This document shows positions 38,816-52,241 of a DNA stretch of 59,122 nt, piece after piece. The stretch spans positions 75,863-134,984 of the forward strand of contig NMRA01000318.1 of NCBI GenBank assembly GCA_002633005.1, in the 5' to 3' direction. The stretch's first letter is position 1; every line of letters begins with the position of its first letter. This stretch comes from Phoronis australis (Eukaryota > Animalia > Phoronida). The translations under genes were made by a program, and so were the position numbers. Below the pieces are notes generated by a model that saw only the letters and a program-made list of their open reading frames with translations, did no database searches and had not been told where the DNA came from.

Positions 38816-39189
38816 GGTGATAGTCTCGTTTTGTGAATACAGCGCCACCTTTTAGCTCACGTTTAACCAAATCAAAACTTTTTGAAAGTAAAACAAAGAA
38901 ATAAATGTCTCTCTGCCTGTTGCATGTACAGATGTGTCAATGGCTTGGCTCCAGCATATCTCGGCTAAAAATTCAGTAGCAGTCAAGCTATATACTCTAC
39001 ACGTTCTTAGGTTTCTGGTAATGTTTCTTTTAAACAAATTTAATATGTTTAAAAGAAACATTACCAGCAAAACCGAAACCGGCAAGATATTCTATTTATG
39101 CTGCTGCTGCAATACGGAACTCTCTTTGCCCAGCAATTAAACGGTCCGATTCATTTAATTCTATGAAACTTAATATCAAAAAGGGGCTG

Positions 39190-39496
39190 TAATTTACCTA
39201 ACCTTTTTACACCCTACCTGTCTTAATTATGTCATTTTTCATTCTTGTAAATACTCTCACTATTCAGTATCATCTCTTTATTTCATCTCTCTTAATCCAA
39301 TTTTCACCATCCTTCGTCATTTCTTTATTATCTTAATTCTCAACCCGTTTTAATTGTATCTCTGCTACATGTATTTCATTATTGTATTATATTATCGTTT
39401 TGTATTGAATTGTTGAGGGCCCTCTTGGAAAGCAGGGCTATCACTGAAGAGACCACCCTCATTTTAAATACCACAATAAATAAATAAATAAATAAA
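39190..39496 (+). mobile_element. 3' end of a LINE (CR1/L2-group-like): AT-rich UTR, stem-loop and (TAAA)n tail
   Basis: GAGGGCCCTCTT...CAG..CTG AAGAG..CCCTC stem-loop at 39415-39460 followed by an AATA repeat at 39475-39496. The 5' boundary is approximate. Confidence 0.5.
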
Positions 39497-40416
39497 GTGT
39501 ACGTACCTACAACCTCTGCTATAAAATATTGCTCACAAGTATTTTTACATACCGGTGTTATCAACAATATTTCTAAAATCCTCCAAGTCTGACAAAAAAA
39601 ACACTTGACATTATCAAATTTTTAGGTAATAAGCCACACAGGACTTTGCCAGTAACATTCCAGAAGACACGTCATGTGATAACTGATCTTGCTGAGGCAG
39701 GTGCTCACTCACTCAAGAGAACTTGCAGCAAACCAACAAGTAAGTTTTTTGGAAAAAGTAGTTACTTGTCGTTTTCTTTTTGTAAGAATCAAATGTGAAG
39801 AGAAAAAGTTCTCATTATATCATCTAGAACCACTTGATCAGTGCGGTAATAATTTTTCTTCCTTCAGTATGTGATGCTTATTCAATTTAATCAGAGGTTA
39901 CTAAATTAACAACTACCATCTGAATTTTTTGCAAGATAGAAGTGGGCTGTGACCACAAGTTGCAGTGTAAGTATCCCTTTATACAACAGTGATGCATTAG
40001 GCCATAAAATTTTATTAGGTGGTCATTGTGCAAAAATATTTTAGATTACAAAAATGAATGACAGTACCTTAACTGAAAATAACCCATCTTTCATAGAAAT
40101 ATGAATTTCCTCATTTTACACCAGAAGTTGCCAACGAATATGGACCTTGACTGTGATTTGACCCTTAGGTCTGGTCCAGACCAATTTCATATGCTCCAAA
40201 GGACTGTCTTCGCTTCATACACTACTTGCTATTTGGTTTTTGCACGAGTGTTTCGAGTACAGGCATGTCTCTAAATTCTGATCTGAAGCAATAATGGTCT
40301 AAATGCATGGCTCCATATACACAGTTTATTTTCACAACATTTAAGATGCCAATGTTATTTAACCACTTTAGAAGAGTGTTGTTTCATCCCACTTATGATC
40401 CACAATCAGTACAACC

Positions 40417-41715
40417 CTATTGTGTTTCAGTAGTGTGTCTTTTTGAGTGTGTAACTAGAGCACTCTTTTGTGTAAACGATTTCCCACACACACTACACCT
40501 GTATGGTCTCTCGCCAGTGTGGGTTCTTGTGTGCTCAAGAAGAGTATGATTTCGTATAAAAGTCTTTCCGCACACACTACAGCTGTATGGTCTCTCGCCA
40601 GTGTGTGTTCTTGTGTGCTCAAGAAGAGATTGATTTCGTTTAAAAGTCTTTCCACACACACTGCAGCTGTAAGGTTTTTCACTAGTGTGAGATCTTTTGT
40701 GGCTAAGAAGAGTATGATTTTGTTTAAAAGACTTTCCACACACACTACAGATGTACGGTCTCTCGACAGTGTGCGTAATTGTGTGCTCACGAAGATTTTG
40801 ACTTCGTCGAAAAGTCTTTCCACACACACTGCAACTGTAAGGCCTCTCGCCAGTGTGTATTCTTGTGTGCTGAAGAAGATTTTGATTTCGATTGAAATTC
40901 TTTCCACACACACTGCAGCTGTAAGGTCTCTCACCAGTGTGTGTTTTTGTGTGCTGAAGAAGATTTCGATATCGACTAAAATTCTTTCCACACCTCGAGC
41001 AACTGTATACTTTCTCCTTAGCATGAGTTTCTGTGTGGGTCGCTAGTTCACTGCTGTGTCTGAAAGTCTTCCCACACACAGTGCAACTGTACGGCCGGTC
41101 ATCAGCGTGTTTTTTTACATGCATAAGCAATGATTTGCTTTTTCTAAATGAGTTTCCGCAAATAGAACATCCATACGGCTTCTCATTCGAGTGTATTCTC
41201 GTATGATTAAGAAGAGATTTGTTCTGAGTGAAAGATTTCCTGCTCTTGAATGGTCTCTCACCAGTATGTGTTCGTGAATGCACAGAAAGATTGCACCTCT
41301 TCTTGAACACCTTGTCACATATGTTGCACTTAAACTGTTGCACTTCAGTAGAGTTGTTTGTTGTACTTCTCAGTGATTCCCGAGTTACGCTAGCTGCAGT
41401 CTTTTCATCTTTTACGTCATAATTATCACACTCCAGTTTAAACTCTGTGTGTAGAAATATATTATTAACTACAGGGGAGACCACTCCATTGTAACCAGCT
41501 TGGTCTTCAGTCACCTCTTGTTTGATGCAACATACGTCTGTGCTCAAGTCACCTGCACTGCCTGCAATATCGCCTCCATTACATTTTGCGCCACGACCAG
41601 CATCCAGGCTGTTCACCAAACATTTTTCAAGCTCCCTCTTAACTCCATCGTCGCAGCTCAGGTCAGTGGGCTCTTCTAGGTTGACAGTCAATCCATCGAC
41701 ATGTCTTTTATCCAT
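40417..41715 (-). CDS. Tandem C2H2 zinc-finger protein ZF3 (432 aa, 10 canonical fingers plus 1 degenerate); most intact paralogue
   Basis: Open ORF through its terminal finger ([23 protein letters not shown]). PTDLS, IKQE and FKLE in the N-terminus. Acceptor AG at 41725-41724. Confidence 0.93.
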   Translation of the reverse strand: MDKRHVDGLTVNLEEPTDLSCDDGVKRELEKCLVNSLDAGRGAKCNGGDIAGSAGDLSTDVCCIKQEVTEDQAGYNGVVSPVVNNIFLHTEFKLECDNYDVKDEKTAASVTRESLRSTTNNSTEVQQFKCNICDKVFKKRCNLSVHSRTHTGERPFKSRKSFTQNKSLLNHTRIHSNEKPYGCSICGNSFRKSKSLLMHVKKHADDRPYSCTVCGKTFRHSSELATHTETHAKEKVYSCSRCGKNFSRYRNLLQHTKTHTGERPYSCSVCGKNFNRNQNLLQHTRIHTGERPYSCSVCGKTFRRSQNLREHTITHTVERPYICSVCGKSFKQNHTLLSHKRSHTSEKPYSCSVCGKTFKRNQSLLEHTRTHTGERPYSCSVCGKTFIRNHTLLEHTRTHTGERPYRCSVCGKSFTQKSALVTHSKRHTTETQ

Positions 41716-43463
41716 GTAAAAAGCTGTAACACAGAAATATATATCAAAACTGAAGCACCTTTATTTCCAAGCTAGGAACCATAGGACCTGTTTATCAAGT
41801 TTCAAATGCACAGCAAACATTGCCCTCCTTATCAACACAAGTTTAACACATGGAAATTAATTTTCTTAAATCAAGTGAACATGCACACTAAGCTACATTG
41901 CATCATCACAACCATTTTCCTTAATTTTACATTCTTTCTAGTCTAGCTTCTATTACGACTTAGTAGTGCATTTTACTTGACTATAAGCCATGCTGACTAA
42001 CTCCTTTCCAATGAATAGCTTAAGGATAAGGTTTTTGTTGACAAAATCGTGATCACTTCCGCACCAATTTTAAAAATTCAGAATGTAGCATAGTTCAATT
42101 TTACTCCTGTGTTCAGATTTTAAGGTTTCCATTAGTTTGTATGTCTCAAAAATAAAAAGGAAAACTACAGCTTGCACGCTCTGAAACCTTCGTTTAAGAT
42201 AAAAGGTGAGAGTGGAATGTGCAAGAACCTGTCCAACAAACCATGAAACATTGGAGAAAGTCAAGATTTCGATTCAAGGTTTCTCACAACAGATTCTTAT
42301 CTGAGGGGATACTTAAGCATGTTACTTGACAAATTTCCCCCAAAACATTAAGAGACCGAACCATTCCATGAAATTTTGTAGGTGGGCAATGCTTCTCTAC
42401 ATTACCCTGGGAAAACTAGCGTCGCTGTCTGACATTGTTATCATGATTTCATCTAAGATTCTACTGAGTGGCAAAGGACATTTATCACATTAGCAATGTC
42501 TTCACAGCAAAAAATAAAGGTTGAAGTAAATTGAAATAGTACAGGTAAATTCTGGAATTTTCTAACACGTTTGACTTCTGAAATTATAGGAAAGTTAGCA
42601 TTCAAGAAATGTGATACACATAAGCTGAAATTTTGAGATGGGATGTTATTTCATGACAACAGTTTTGAGTTGATGCCTGTTTTATTCCATGTATTCATTC
42701 CGCGTGAGAGATGATGAGCATTGGCCTCACGACATTAAAAAAGACTGACAGAGACTGTTTACTCACAAAAAATAGATCGATATAAGGCCTCTGAAAACCA
42801 GTGTTGTCAGGAATATACACTACTGGAAACGCGAATTAGTTCTCATGAAAATAGACTTCACGCCAAACCCCATTTTATCCTTTGCAAGGTCTGTACTGTA
42901 CTGATACCATGAATCAGTGCTCTAAGGAATTTTGATTATTTGCAACAAAGTAGTCAGTCTAAATGTGAACAATTGAAAAAATACCAGTAATTGCATTTTG
43001 GGCTGCAGGATTACGATACTACTCTTTACTATTAAAATACACAGAAGCACATTCAACACTTCAGAACACAGTCAATGTAGTGTTGTTCCTACCAATTATT
43101 CTCAAATATGATTTTATATTAAATGAACTTGAATTACAACCTCTGACAGCGTTGATCATCGAGTGAATTTCATGTATTATGAAGAAAAATGGACTGGTCC
43201 TGGTTATAGCTCCACACAAGTTTATCCCAGCTCCAAAGAGGCAGTTTGCGAGACCAAGAACTCTAAGCAGTAGCCACCCTGGTGTTAGTGAAGTGACGAT
43301 CACCAATATGCTTTTGTGCTTTTCCATGCTCAAGTGTGTTAATTGTAATGTTAAAATAAAATAAAATATACCAAAGAATTCTGAGGATATAGTTACCCAT
43401 GAGTTAGGAGGAAGACAAACCAACACAACTGTGACAAGTTACCCTATAGTATTTTGCCATTGA

Positions 43464-45022
43464 TTTCTGAAATACATATGTCAACTAACCAAAATAAGCT
43501 TCATCGTAAATGCAAAGGACCAGCAAACATCAGAAAAGTTTATTCCCTGAGAAGTCTTAATTTTGTTGGATTTGTGGTTTTCAGTGCATTTTTACCCAGA
43601 AGTTAATCATCAACTGATTCAGGATACTGGAAATGACTGTCATTTGGCGAAACGCGCAGAACAATAACTTGAGGGAAGTACGAGTAGGTTAGTGTACAGA
43701 CTAGAGTGTCCAAACTTAAGAAGTACATATACCGGTAAAAAGACAACAATGTCACTTGAATATGAGTGTTTAAGACTTATCAAAGAACAGATGATATTTT
43801 TTGGCACTTCATACATGAACAGAACAGATTTGAGGCATAGGTGGCGACATCTAGTGATGGCCCACATTTCACCAGTTACACCGCAGGCAACATGGAATAT
43901 AAATAGCTTCTCCTAATTGCTTTACTATTGTGGTGTTACCATACACATGAAGATCATAAAGGCAGTACATCATGCTGACGCACTGAAAAGAGGGACACGT
44001 TTGGCCTGTGGAGATACCGGTATCTCTAAACTCATCAGTGTCAAACAAATGCTCAAGCAGTCATCATTTCGCTCAGATCCTGTTCCTTTACCAAACAGAT
44101 CATCATCAAGACACACTTATTGCACAGGACAAGCTGGGTTCGAGATTCAAACGCTTGCAATTCTAGCGATTACCCGAGTTCTTGCTCAAATTGGGAAAGA
44201 TTTGAAGACAACGCATGCTCCCTTGTTTTTGTTGAGGTGTTTNTTTCTGAAATACATATGTCAACTAACCAAAATAAGCTTCATCGTAAATGCAAAGGAC
44301 CAGCAAACATCAGAAAAGTTTATTCCCTGAGAAGTCTTAATTTTGTTGGATTTGTGGTTTTCAGTGCATTTTTACCCAGAAGTTAATCATCAACTGATTC
44401 AGGATACTGGAAATGACTGTCATTTGGCGAAACGCGCAGAACAATAACTTGAGGGAAGTACGAGTAGGTTAGTGTACAGACTAGAGTGTCCAAACTTAAG
44501 AAGTACATATACCGGTAAAAAGACAACAATGTCACTTGAACATGAGTGTTTAAGACTTATCAAAGAACAGATGATATTTTTTGGCACTTCATACATGAAC
44601 AGAACAGATTTGAGGCATAGGTGGCGACATCTAGTGATGGCCCACATTTCACCAGTTTCACCGGAGGCAACATGGAATATAAATAGCTTCTACTAAATGC
44701 TTTACTACTGTGGTGTTACCATAGACATGAAGATCATAAAGGCAGTACATCACGCTGAGGCACTGAAAAGAGGGACACGTTTGGCCTGTGGAGATGTCGG
44801 TATCTCTAAACTCATCAGTCTCAAACAAATGCTCAAGCAGTCATCATTTCGCTCAGATCCTGTTCCTTTACCAAACAGATCATCATCAAGACACACTTAT
44901 TGCACAGGACAAGTTGGGTTCGAGAGTCAAACGCTTGCAATTCTAGTGATTACCCGAGTTCTTGCTCAAATTGGGAAAGATTTGAAGACAACGCATGCTC
45001 CCTTGTTTTTGTTGAAGTGTTT
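43464..45022 (+). repeat. 780-bp near-identical tandem duplication joined by a single N (44243); probable assembly overlap of two haplotypes
   Basis: Copies 43464-44242 and 44244-45022, with roughly 15-20 substitutions by eye and no indels. Confidence 0.85.
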
Positions 45023-45677
45023 CACCAATAGGCGCATGCATTTTATTCCCAATACGGTACAACTTCCCATGTTGTCACAATAGGCACATGCACCTCGTTC
45101 CCAATACAGTACAACTTCACATGTTGTCACAATAGCCTAAATGCATGCAAAAGATGTCACATACAGTGTTCACTTGGATGGCATATAACCAGAGTTATAG
45201 AAGACTGTCATTGCGTCCAGATTATGATCCACACTCAGTATAACGTTATTGTGTCTAATTGCTAGTGGGTCTTTTTGTATGCACAAATAGAGCGCTGTTT
45301 TGTCCAAAAGATTTCCCGCAAACACTAACACATGTACGGTCTTTCATCAGTGTGTGTTCTTGTGTGTTCAAGAAGAGTAAGATTTCTTCTAAACATCTTT
45401 CCACACGGGCTGCAGCAGTAAGGTTTCGCATCCGTGTGTGTTATTTTGTGCTTAAGAAGGTTATGATTTTGTTTAAGAGTCTTTCCACACACATTACAGC
45501 TGTATGGTCTCTCGACAGCGTGCGTTCCTTTGTTCTCATGAAGATTTTGACTTCGTCAAAAAGTCTTTCCATACACAATGCAGTTATATGGTATCTCAAC
45601 AGTGTATATTCTTGTGTGCTCAAGAAGATTTTGATTTCGTATAAAAGTTTCTCCACACACTACAGCTGTAAGGTTTT

Positions 45678-46958
45678 TCAGTAATGAGTTCTTTTGTGCT
45701 TCAAAAAGGCACGACTTTGTTTAAAAGTCTTTCCACAAACACTACAACTGTATGGTCTCTCGTCAGTGTGTATTCTCGTGTGCTCAACAAAAGTTTGCTT
45801 TCGTATAAAAGACTTTCCACACACACTGCAGCTGTATGGTCTCTCGCCAGTGTGAGTTCTTGTGTGCTCAAGAAGAGACTGATTTCGTGTAAAAGTCTTT
45901 CCACACACACTGCAGTTGTACGGTTTTTTACTAGTATGAGTTATTTTGTGCTTCTGAAGGGTTTGATTCCGTTTAAAATTCTTTCCACACACACTACAGC
46001 TGTATGGTCTCTCGACAGTGTGCGTTCTTGAGTGCTCACGTAGATTTTGACTATGTCGAAAAGTCTTTCCACACACACTGCAACTGTAAGGCCTCTCGCC
46101 AGTGTGTATTCTTGTGTGCCGAAGGAGATTTTGATTTTGACTGAAATTCTTTCCACACACACTGCAGCTGTAAGGTCTCTCACCAGTGTGCATTCTTATG
46201 TGATGAAGAAGATGTTGATATCGACTAAAATTCTTTCCACACGCCGAGCAACTGTATGATTTCTCACTGGCGTGAGTTTTTGTGTGGATCGCTAGAGCAC
46301 CATGTCTAAAAGACTTCCCACGTACAGCGCAACTGTACACCTTGCCATCAGTGTGTCTCCTTGCGTGCATAAGCAACGAGTTGCTTTGCCTCAATGAGTT
46401 TCCAGAAATAGAACAGTCATATGGTCTCTCGTTAGAGTGCATTCTGGTATGATTAAGAAGAAATTTGTCCTGAGCGAAAGATGTCCTGCATTTCTTTGGT
46501 CTCTCATGAGTGTGTGTTCGTGAATGCTGAGAAAGATTACACCTCTTCTTGAACACCTTGTCACATATGTTGTACTTAAACTGTTGCACATCTGTAGGGT
46601 TGTTTGTTGTACTTTGGATTGATTCCCGAGTTAGGCTATATGCAGTGTTTCCTTCTACATCATAATTATCACACTCCAGTTTGAATTCTGTATGTAGAAA
46701 TATATTGTTAACCACAGGGGAGACCACTCCATCATAAACAGCTTGGTCTTCAGTCACCTCTTGCTTGATGTAACATTCTTCTGTACTACAGTCACGTGCA
46801 CTGCCTGTAATATCACCACCGTTATATTTTGTGCCACGATCATCACCCAGGCTGTTCACCAAACATTTTTCAAGCTCCCTCTTACCTCCATCGTCGCAGC
46901 TCAGGTCATTAGGGTTTTGTTGTTTGACAGTCAGTCCATCGACATGTCTTTTACCCAT
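45678..46958 (-). CDS. Tandem C2H2 zinc-finger protein ZF4 (426 aa, 7 canonical fingers); sister copy of ZF1, possibly decaying
   Basis: Fingers 1, 3 and 4 have lost a Cys (FKYNIC, CSISG, CAVRG). A frameshift after finger 11 gives the stop, and decayed fingers continue to about 45255. Acceptor AG at 46968-46967. Confidence 0.8.
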   Translation of the reverse strand: MGKRHVDGLTVKQQNPNDLSCDDGGKRELEKCLVNSLGDDRGTKYNGGDITGSARDCSTEECYIKQEVTEDQAVYDGVVSPVVNNIFLHTEFKLECDNYDVEGNTAYSLTRESIQSTTNNPTDVQQFKYNICDKVFKKRCNLSQHSRTHTHERPKKCRTSFAQDKFLLNHTRMHSNERPYDCSISGNSLRQSNSLLMHARRHTDGKVYSCAVRGKSFRHGALAIHTKTHASEKSYSCSACGKNFSRYQHLLHHIRMHTGERPYSCSVCGKNFSQNQNLLRHTRIHTGERPYSCSVCGKTFRHSQNLREHSRTHTVERPYSCSVCGKNFKRNQTLQKHKITHTSKKPYNCSVCGKTFTRNQSLLEHTRTHTGERPYSCSVCGKSFIRKQTFVEHTRIHTDERPYSCSVCGKTFKQSRAFLKHKRTHY

Positions 46959-48357
46959 GTTAAATGCTGTAACACAGAAATATTTATCAAAACTGAAGCA
47001 CCTTTTTTTTCAACCTTATGAACCTTAGGACCCGTTGATCAAGTTTCAAATGCACAGCAAACATTGCCCTCCTTATCAACACAAGTTTAACACCTGGAAA
47101 TTAATTTTCTAAAATCAAGTGAACATGCACACTAAGCTACATTGCATAATCACAAAAAAATTCATTTAGTGTTTCTAGTCTAGCTTCTATTATGACTTGG
47201 TAGCGCACATAACTAGACTATAAGCCATGCTGAAAACTCCTTTCCAATTAATAGCTTAAGGCTTAGGTTTTTGTTGACAAAATCGCTATCACTTCCGCAC
47301 CAATTTTGAAAATTCAAAATCTACCATAGTTTAATTTTTACTCCTCTAAGGTTTCCATTAGTTTGAATGTCCCAAAAATAAAATGGAAAAGTACAGCCTG
47401 CACACTCTTAAGCCTTCAAGTAAGATAAAAAGTGATAGTGGAATGTGTAAAAGCCTGTTCAACAGGCCATATGAAACATTAGAGAATTTCAAGATTTCGA
47501 GTCAAGATTACTCCAAATCGATTCTTATCTGAGGGGATACTTAAGCATGTTGCTTGACAAATTTCCTCAATACATTAAGAGACCGAGAAGTTCCGATAAA
47601 TTTTGTAGGTGGACAATGCTTCTCTACATTACCATGGGGAAACGAGTGTCGTTGTCTGACATTGACAACATGATTTTTTATCTAAGCTTCTACTGTGTGG
47701 TACGGGGCAATTACCACATTAGCAATGTCTTCACAGCAAAAAAAAATAATGGCTGAAGTGAATTGAAATAGTATGGGTAAAATCTGGAATTTTCTAACAC
47801 GTTTCACTTTGAAATAGAACAGTTAGTGTACAATTCCTCTTTGAGAAAAGAATACAATAAAAATAACTAAAATGCTGTGGTCGATTGTTATTTCTTGACA
47901 ACAGTTTTGAGTTGATGCATGATGGCATTCAATGTATTCATTCTACATGATAGATGATTCGCGTTAGCCTCATGATATTAAAAAGACTGACAGAGACTGC
48001 TGACTAACAAAAAATAGATCAATATCAGGCCTCTGAAAACAAACCAGCGTTGTATGGAATATGGACTACCGTTAATGTGAATTAGTTCTAATAAAAAGTC
48101 TTTAAGCCAAACCCGATTTTATTTTTGGCATGGTCTGCACTGTACTGAAACCATCAAGCAGCGATTTAAGGAATTTTGATTATTTGCAATAAAATAGTCA
48201 GTCTAAATGTGAACAATTGAAAAAATACCAGTTATTGCATTTTTGTGCTACAGGAATACGATGGTACTTTTTGCTACAGTATCACATTCAACACTTCAGA
48301 ACAAAATTAATGAAGTGGTGTTCATACCACTTATGCTCAAATATGACTTTATATTAA

Positions 48358-50063
48358 AGGAGAATGCCACCCAAAAAACAACCTATTTTGCATCAATTTA
48401 GATCGAGTAGTTCTACTCGATAACGGCAAGTTTGTTTGCTTTTCCTGACACCTGACGGCAGATGAAGGTGTTGAAATTATCCAATGACGTCATTGGTTTC
48501 ACACGCAGTCTATTCAGCAGTTCACAACACCGGTTACTGGTGTCAGCTTATCGCTTGAATTCATTGCTTAGCACCAATAAATCATCAACCTTCGATGTAA
48601 AACCCTTAAAAATACACCGAGTTCTTATAAAAACGTGTTGTTTTATCTCGCTGTTACGGATTTATTGGTATTTGGAAACACCGTAGCCTACAAAGTTCGG
48701 CAGGCCAATCTACCAAGGTCCGTAGCAGGAGTTTGGGGTCTGTTCTGGGATAAATTCGAAATATTCTTCCGTGAAATACAGACAGGAGAGCCTAGATCCA
48801 TGTTGTTTATACTTGTGATTTTTTGAGTTCTAAATGCACAAAATGCTTGTTATCCCGGCCAGTGGGTCGGAACCCAATCAGGCCTGTCGCGGCTGGACTG
48901 ACCCGTTATCCTGGCCAGTGTCTCGGAACCCGATCAGGCCCGTTGCAGCCACCAGGACTGGCATGACCATAAACCAGCTGAAGTTAAAAACTAAACCTCC
49001 TGTCACGAAAAGACTATAATAGTGAACCAAAGAAATAATGTGCAGGTAATTATTTAATAAATTAGCCACGAAACTGAAAATCTACTTACTTGTCGGGAGC
49101 CGCGATGTCGGGATCCCCTTCCACGGCAGACCTTTAGGGCAAAGGTTGCACAGTAACAATGATTTGAATAATGTATTTGTATTTCTAAATAAAGATTCCC
49201 CTAACATGTGACCATAGCATATAAAATCGAGTAATGTTTTCACAACAGCTTTCGGTCAGCAAACACTGAATTAGCATGCGCTCACACAGCCTCGGTGCCC
49301 GGTCAATTACCTTTGTTGCCGGCATCAAAAGACGGTAACGCAGTGGTTTATTCATTCCTGGCTTCACAACATTTGCACTCACTAATACTGCTAAGGCACT
49401 ACAAATTGTATGAGAAAGACTTTGTTTCAGTTTCATATAAGCATTGGTTAGGATGACAATAATTCATTTCGAAACAGAACGCAGAATAATAAACATCTAC
49501 ATGGCAACTCGCCCGGCGCTAATCACGATTTAGTCAAGAGCTCATCCGACGAAGACTCGTGTCGTATCGTTAGGTTTCACAGGCTATCAGTTCGAACCAG
49601 AATACACTGATCAAGAAATACTAGACAGGCGCCAAGAACATGCAACGGAATGTATGGATAGTTCTTAGGTAAGCTGGAATTGGTCAGAGAAATCACTGTC
49701 GATGAAATGCTGGCCACAGACACGGGGATGTTTCACGGCCTCTTACTTGCTCTTAACAGCGTACCTTTCATTCTTCACTACCCCGAGCCACTTCCTATTT
49801 TCGGGCTCTCAAGGAAGTCGAAAAAAAACAATTTAGCCGCTTTCTTTGAAGCTTCATAGTTCAGACAAGCAGGAACAATGCACCGCAATATAGCGGCATT
49901 CACTCTGCAGACGAACCATTGACGTCGCTGTGTTGTTTCTCACCTTCCTCACAGGTCAACGCGTAATCTCTCGGCAAGGTGAGGTCAACCGTATAAGAGG
50001 CAATGTGGAAGTAGACCGATTAAGACGGTAAAAAAAACTAATTAAATCGGGTGGCATTCTCCT
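48358..50063 (-). mobile_element. Kolobok deletion derivative (1706 bp)
   Basis: Perfect 15-bp TIR AGGAGAATGCCACCC / GGGTGGCATTCTCCT. TSD TTAA (48354-48357) / TTTA (50064-50067). Empty site TATATTAAATGAACTTGAA at about 16500 and 43115. Plus strand GYQFEPEYTDQEILDRR (49573-49635); minus strand THAP remnant. Confidence 0.88.
49640..49890 (-). pseudogene. THAP domain remnant (not in the supplied ORF track)
   Basis: Manual translation: RCIVPACLNY...FFFDFLESP, frameshift, RKWLGVVKNER...K*EAVKHPRVCGQHFIDSDF. Confidence 0.75.
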
Positions 50064-50834
50064 TTTAATGAACTTGAACTACAACCTCTGAGAGAGAGGA
50101 GAGTTGATTATCGAGGGCATTTCATGTATTGAGTACCAAATGGAATGGTCTCGGCTATGTCTCCACGCAAGTTTATCACAGCTCCAAAGACGCAGTTTGT
50201 GAGACCAAGAACACTAAGCAGTCACCACCTTGACGATCGCAGATACGTTTTGTGCTTTGCCATGCCCAACTGTCTTAATTGGAATGTTAAAATGAAATAC
50301 CGAGTGTACCAAATAATCCTGCGGAAAAGGTTTCCCACAAGTTAATACCAAAACACACCAACACAGCTGTGAGAACTTACCGTACCGTGTTTTGCCATTG
50401 ATTTCTGAATTATGTATGTCAACTTACCAAAACAAACTTCTTTCTAAATACAAAGGACAAGAAAACTTCAAAAAAGAAAGTTAATTCACGAGGTTTTCAG
50501 TATATTTGAGTTCCTTCAACGAAACATGCCAGGATTATTTGGACTTTCAAATTATTGTGTTTTACGTCTTTTGTTCGTTCTAAATACTTTTCACTTGAAT
50601 ACTTTAGGTTCAATCGAACATAGGTGAAGACAAGGCAATCTTTCACACAGTATGTTAAAAACTTGCTCCTTTGTTTTTGCTCAAGTGTTTCGCCTATAGG
50701 CGCAAGTGCCTCGTTCCAGATATAAGTACAACTTCATGTATTAGTCATAATGGCCTAAATGCATGCAAAAGATTCATATACAGCCACATTTATAGAAGAC
50801 TGATGCACACTCAGTATAATCTTATTGTATTTAG

Positions 50835-52241
50835 ACAGTGTGGCTTTTTGTGTATGCATGTAGAGCAATGTTTTCTCTGAAGGATTTTCCCGCAAACACT
50901 ACAGATGTGTGGTCTTTCACCAGTGTGTGTTCTTGTGTGCTTAAGAAGAGTACGATTTCTTCTAAACGTCTTTCCACACATGCTGCAGCTGTAAGATTTC
51001 TCATCCGTGTATTCTTTCATGCCGAAGCAAATTCCATTTGACTGCAAAAGGCTTTAGACAAACTGCACAGCTGTACGGTTTCTCGCCAGAGTGCATCCTC
51101 CTGTGCAGCACAAGATCACAATAATGTGCAATGGACTTTCCAAAGTCAAGTAATTGTATGGCTTCTCACCAGTGTGAGTTTGTATGTGGCTCACTAGACC
51201 ATTCCTTTGTCTAAAAGTCTTCCCATACACAGCACAATCATATGGCCTCTCGCCAGTGTGTCTTCTTATGTGCGTAAGCAGAGTTCTGCTTCGTCTAAAT
51301 GAGTTTCCATGAATAGAACAGCTGTATGGTTTCTCGTTAGTGAGTATTTGCATATGATTAAGAACAGTTTTGTTTTGAGTGAAAGACTTCCCACACAAAG
51401 TGCAAGTGTACGGTTTCTGGCCAGTGTGTGTTCTGGTATGTGTGACAAGCTGACATTCGTGTTTAAAAGATTTTCCACAAAAAGCACAAGTGTGGCTTAA
51501 AAGAGAACTGTTGCATGGAAAAGATTTAGGTTTTCCACACACAGGAGACCTGTGTGCATTTCCACAAACGTGGGTTTGTGTGTGCCTCTGAAGACCTCAT
51601 CTTTGTACCAAAGACTTTCCACACACGTCACAGTTGCATGGTCTCTCACCAGTGTGTGTTTTTGTATGCCGTTTTAGATTAAGGAATAGGGTAAAAGACT
51701 TTCCACACGATGGACAACTGAACGGTCTCTAACCAGTGCATCTGTGTCATTGCGTGAAAACGTAGACTATTCTTTTCATTGAAAGACCTACTGCATACAG
51801 TGCATTTATGTGGTTTCTTGCTAGTGTGTGTGTTCGTGAATGCACTGTTAGATGGCCCCTCTTCTTGTACACCTTGTCCCATATGTTGCACTTAAACTGT
51901 TGCACGATAGTAGGATTGTTTGTTGCGAGTGTTTCCTCAGTTACGGTAGGTGCGGCATTTAATTGAACAAGATTAACACACCCCAGTTTGAACTCTGTAC
52001 ATAGAATAATGTTGTTACCCACAGGGGAACCTACTCCACCATGTCCAGCCTAGTCTTCTTGTTTGATGCTTCAGTCACGCGCATTGCCTATAGGATCACC
52101 TCCATTACATTTTATGCCAGGACCTTTATCCAAGCTGTTCACTGAACATTTGCCACATTCCCACTTACCTCCATCATCACAGCTCAGATCATTAGAGTTT
52201 TCTTGTTCGACTGTCATTCCATAGAAGTACCCTTCATCCAC
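50835..52241 (-). pseudogene. C2H2 zinc-finger pseudogene ZF5 (type B, sister of ZF2)
   Basis: Start codon is GTG (52239-52241). Same codon-57 TGA (52071-52073). Finger remnants in several frames (HTCAFCGKSFKHECQLVTHTRTHTGQKPYTCTLCGK). Acceptor AG at 52251-52250. Confidence 0.88.

Noticed and set aside
40455-41046. Long overlapping ORFs (189 aa minus, 192 aa plus) and similar ones over ZF1, ZF2, ZF4 and ZF5
   Set aside because: These are typical shadow frames of 84-bp C2H2 repeats (CVERL.../SLSTHT...), with no independent evidence of coding.
43640-45083. Duplicated 74-137 aa ORFs
   Set aside because: No recognisable motifs; they lie in 3' flank sequence and are duplicated only because of the probable haplotype overlap.
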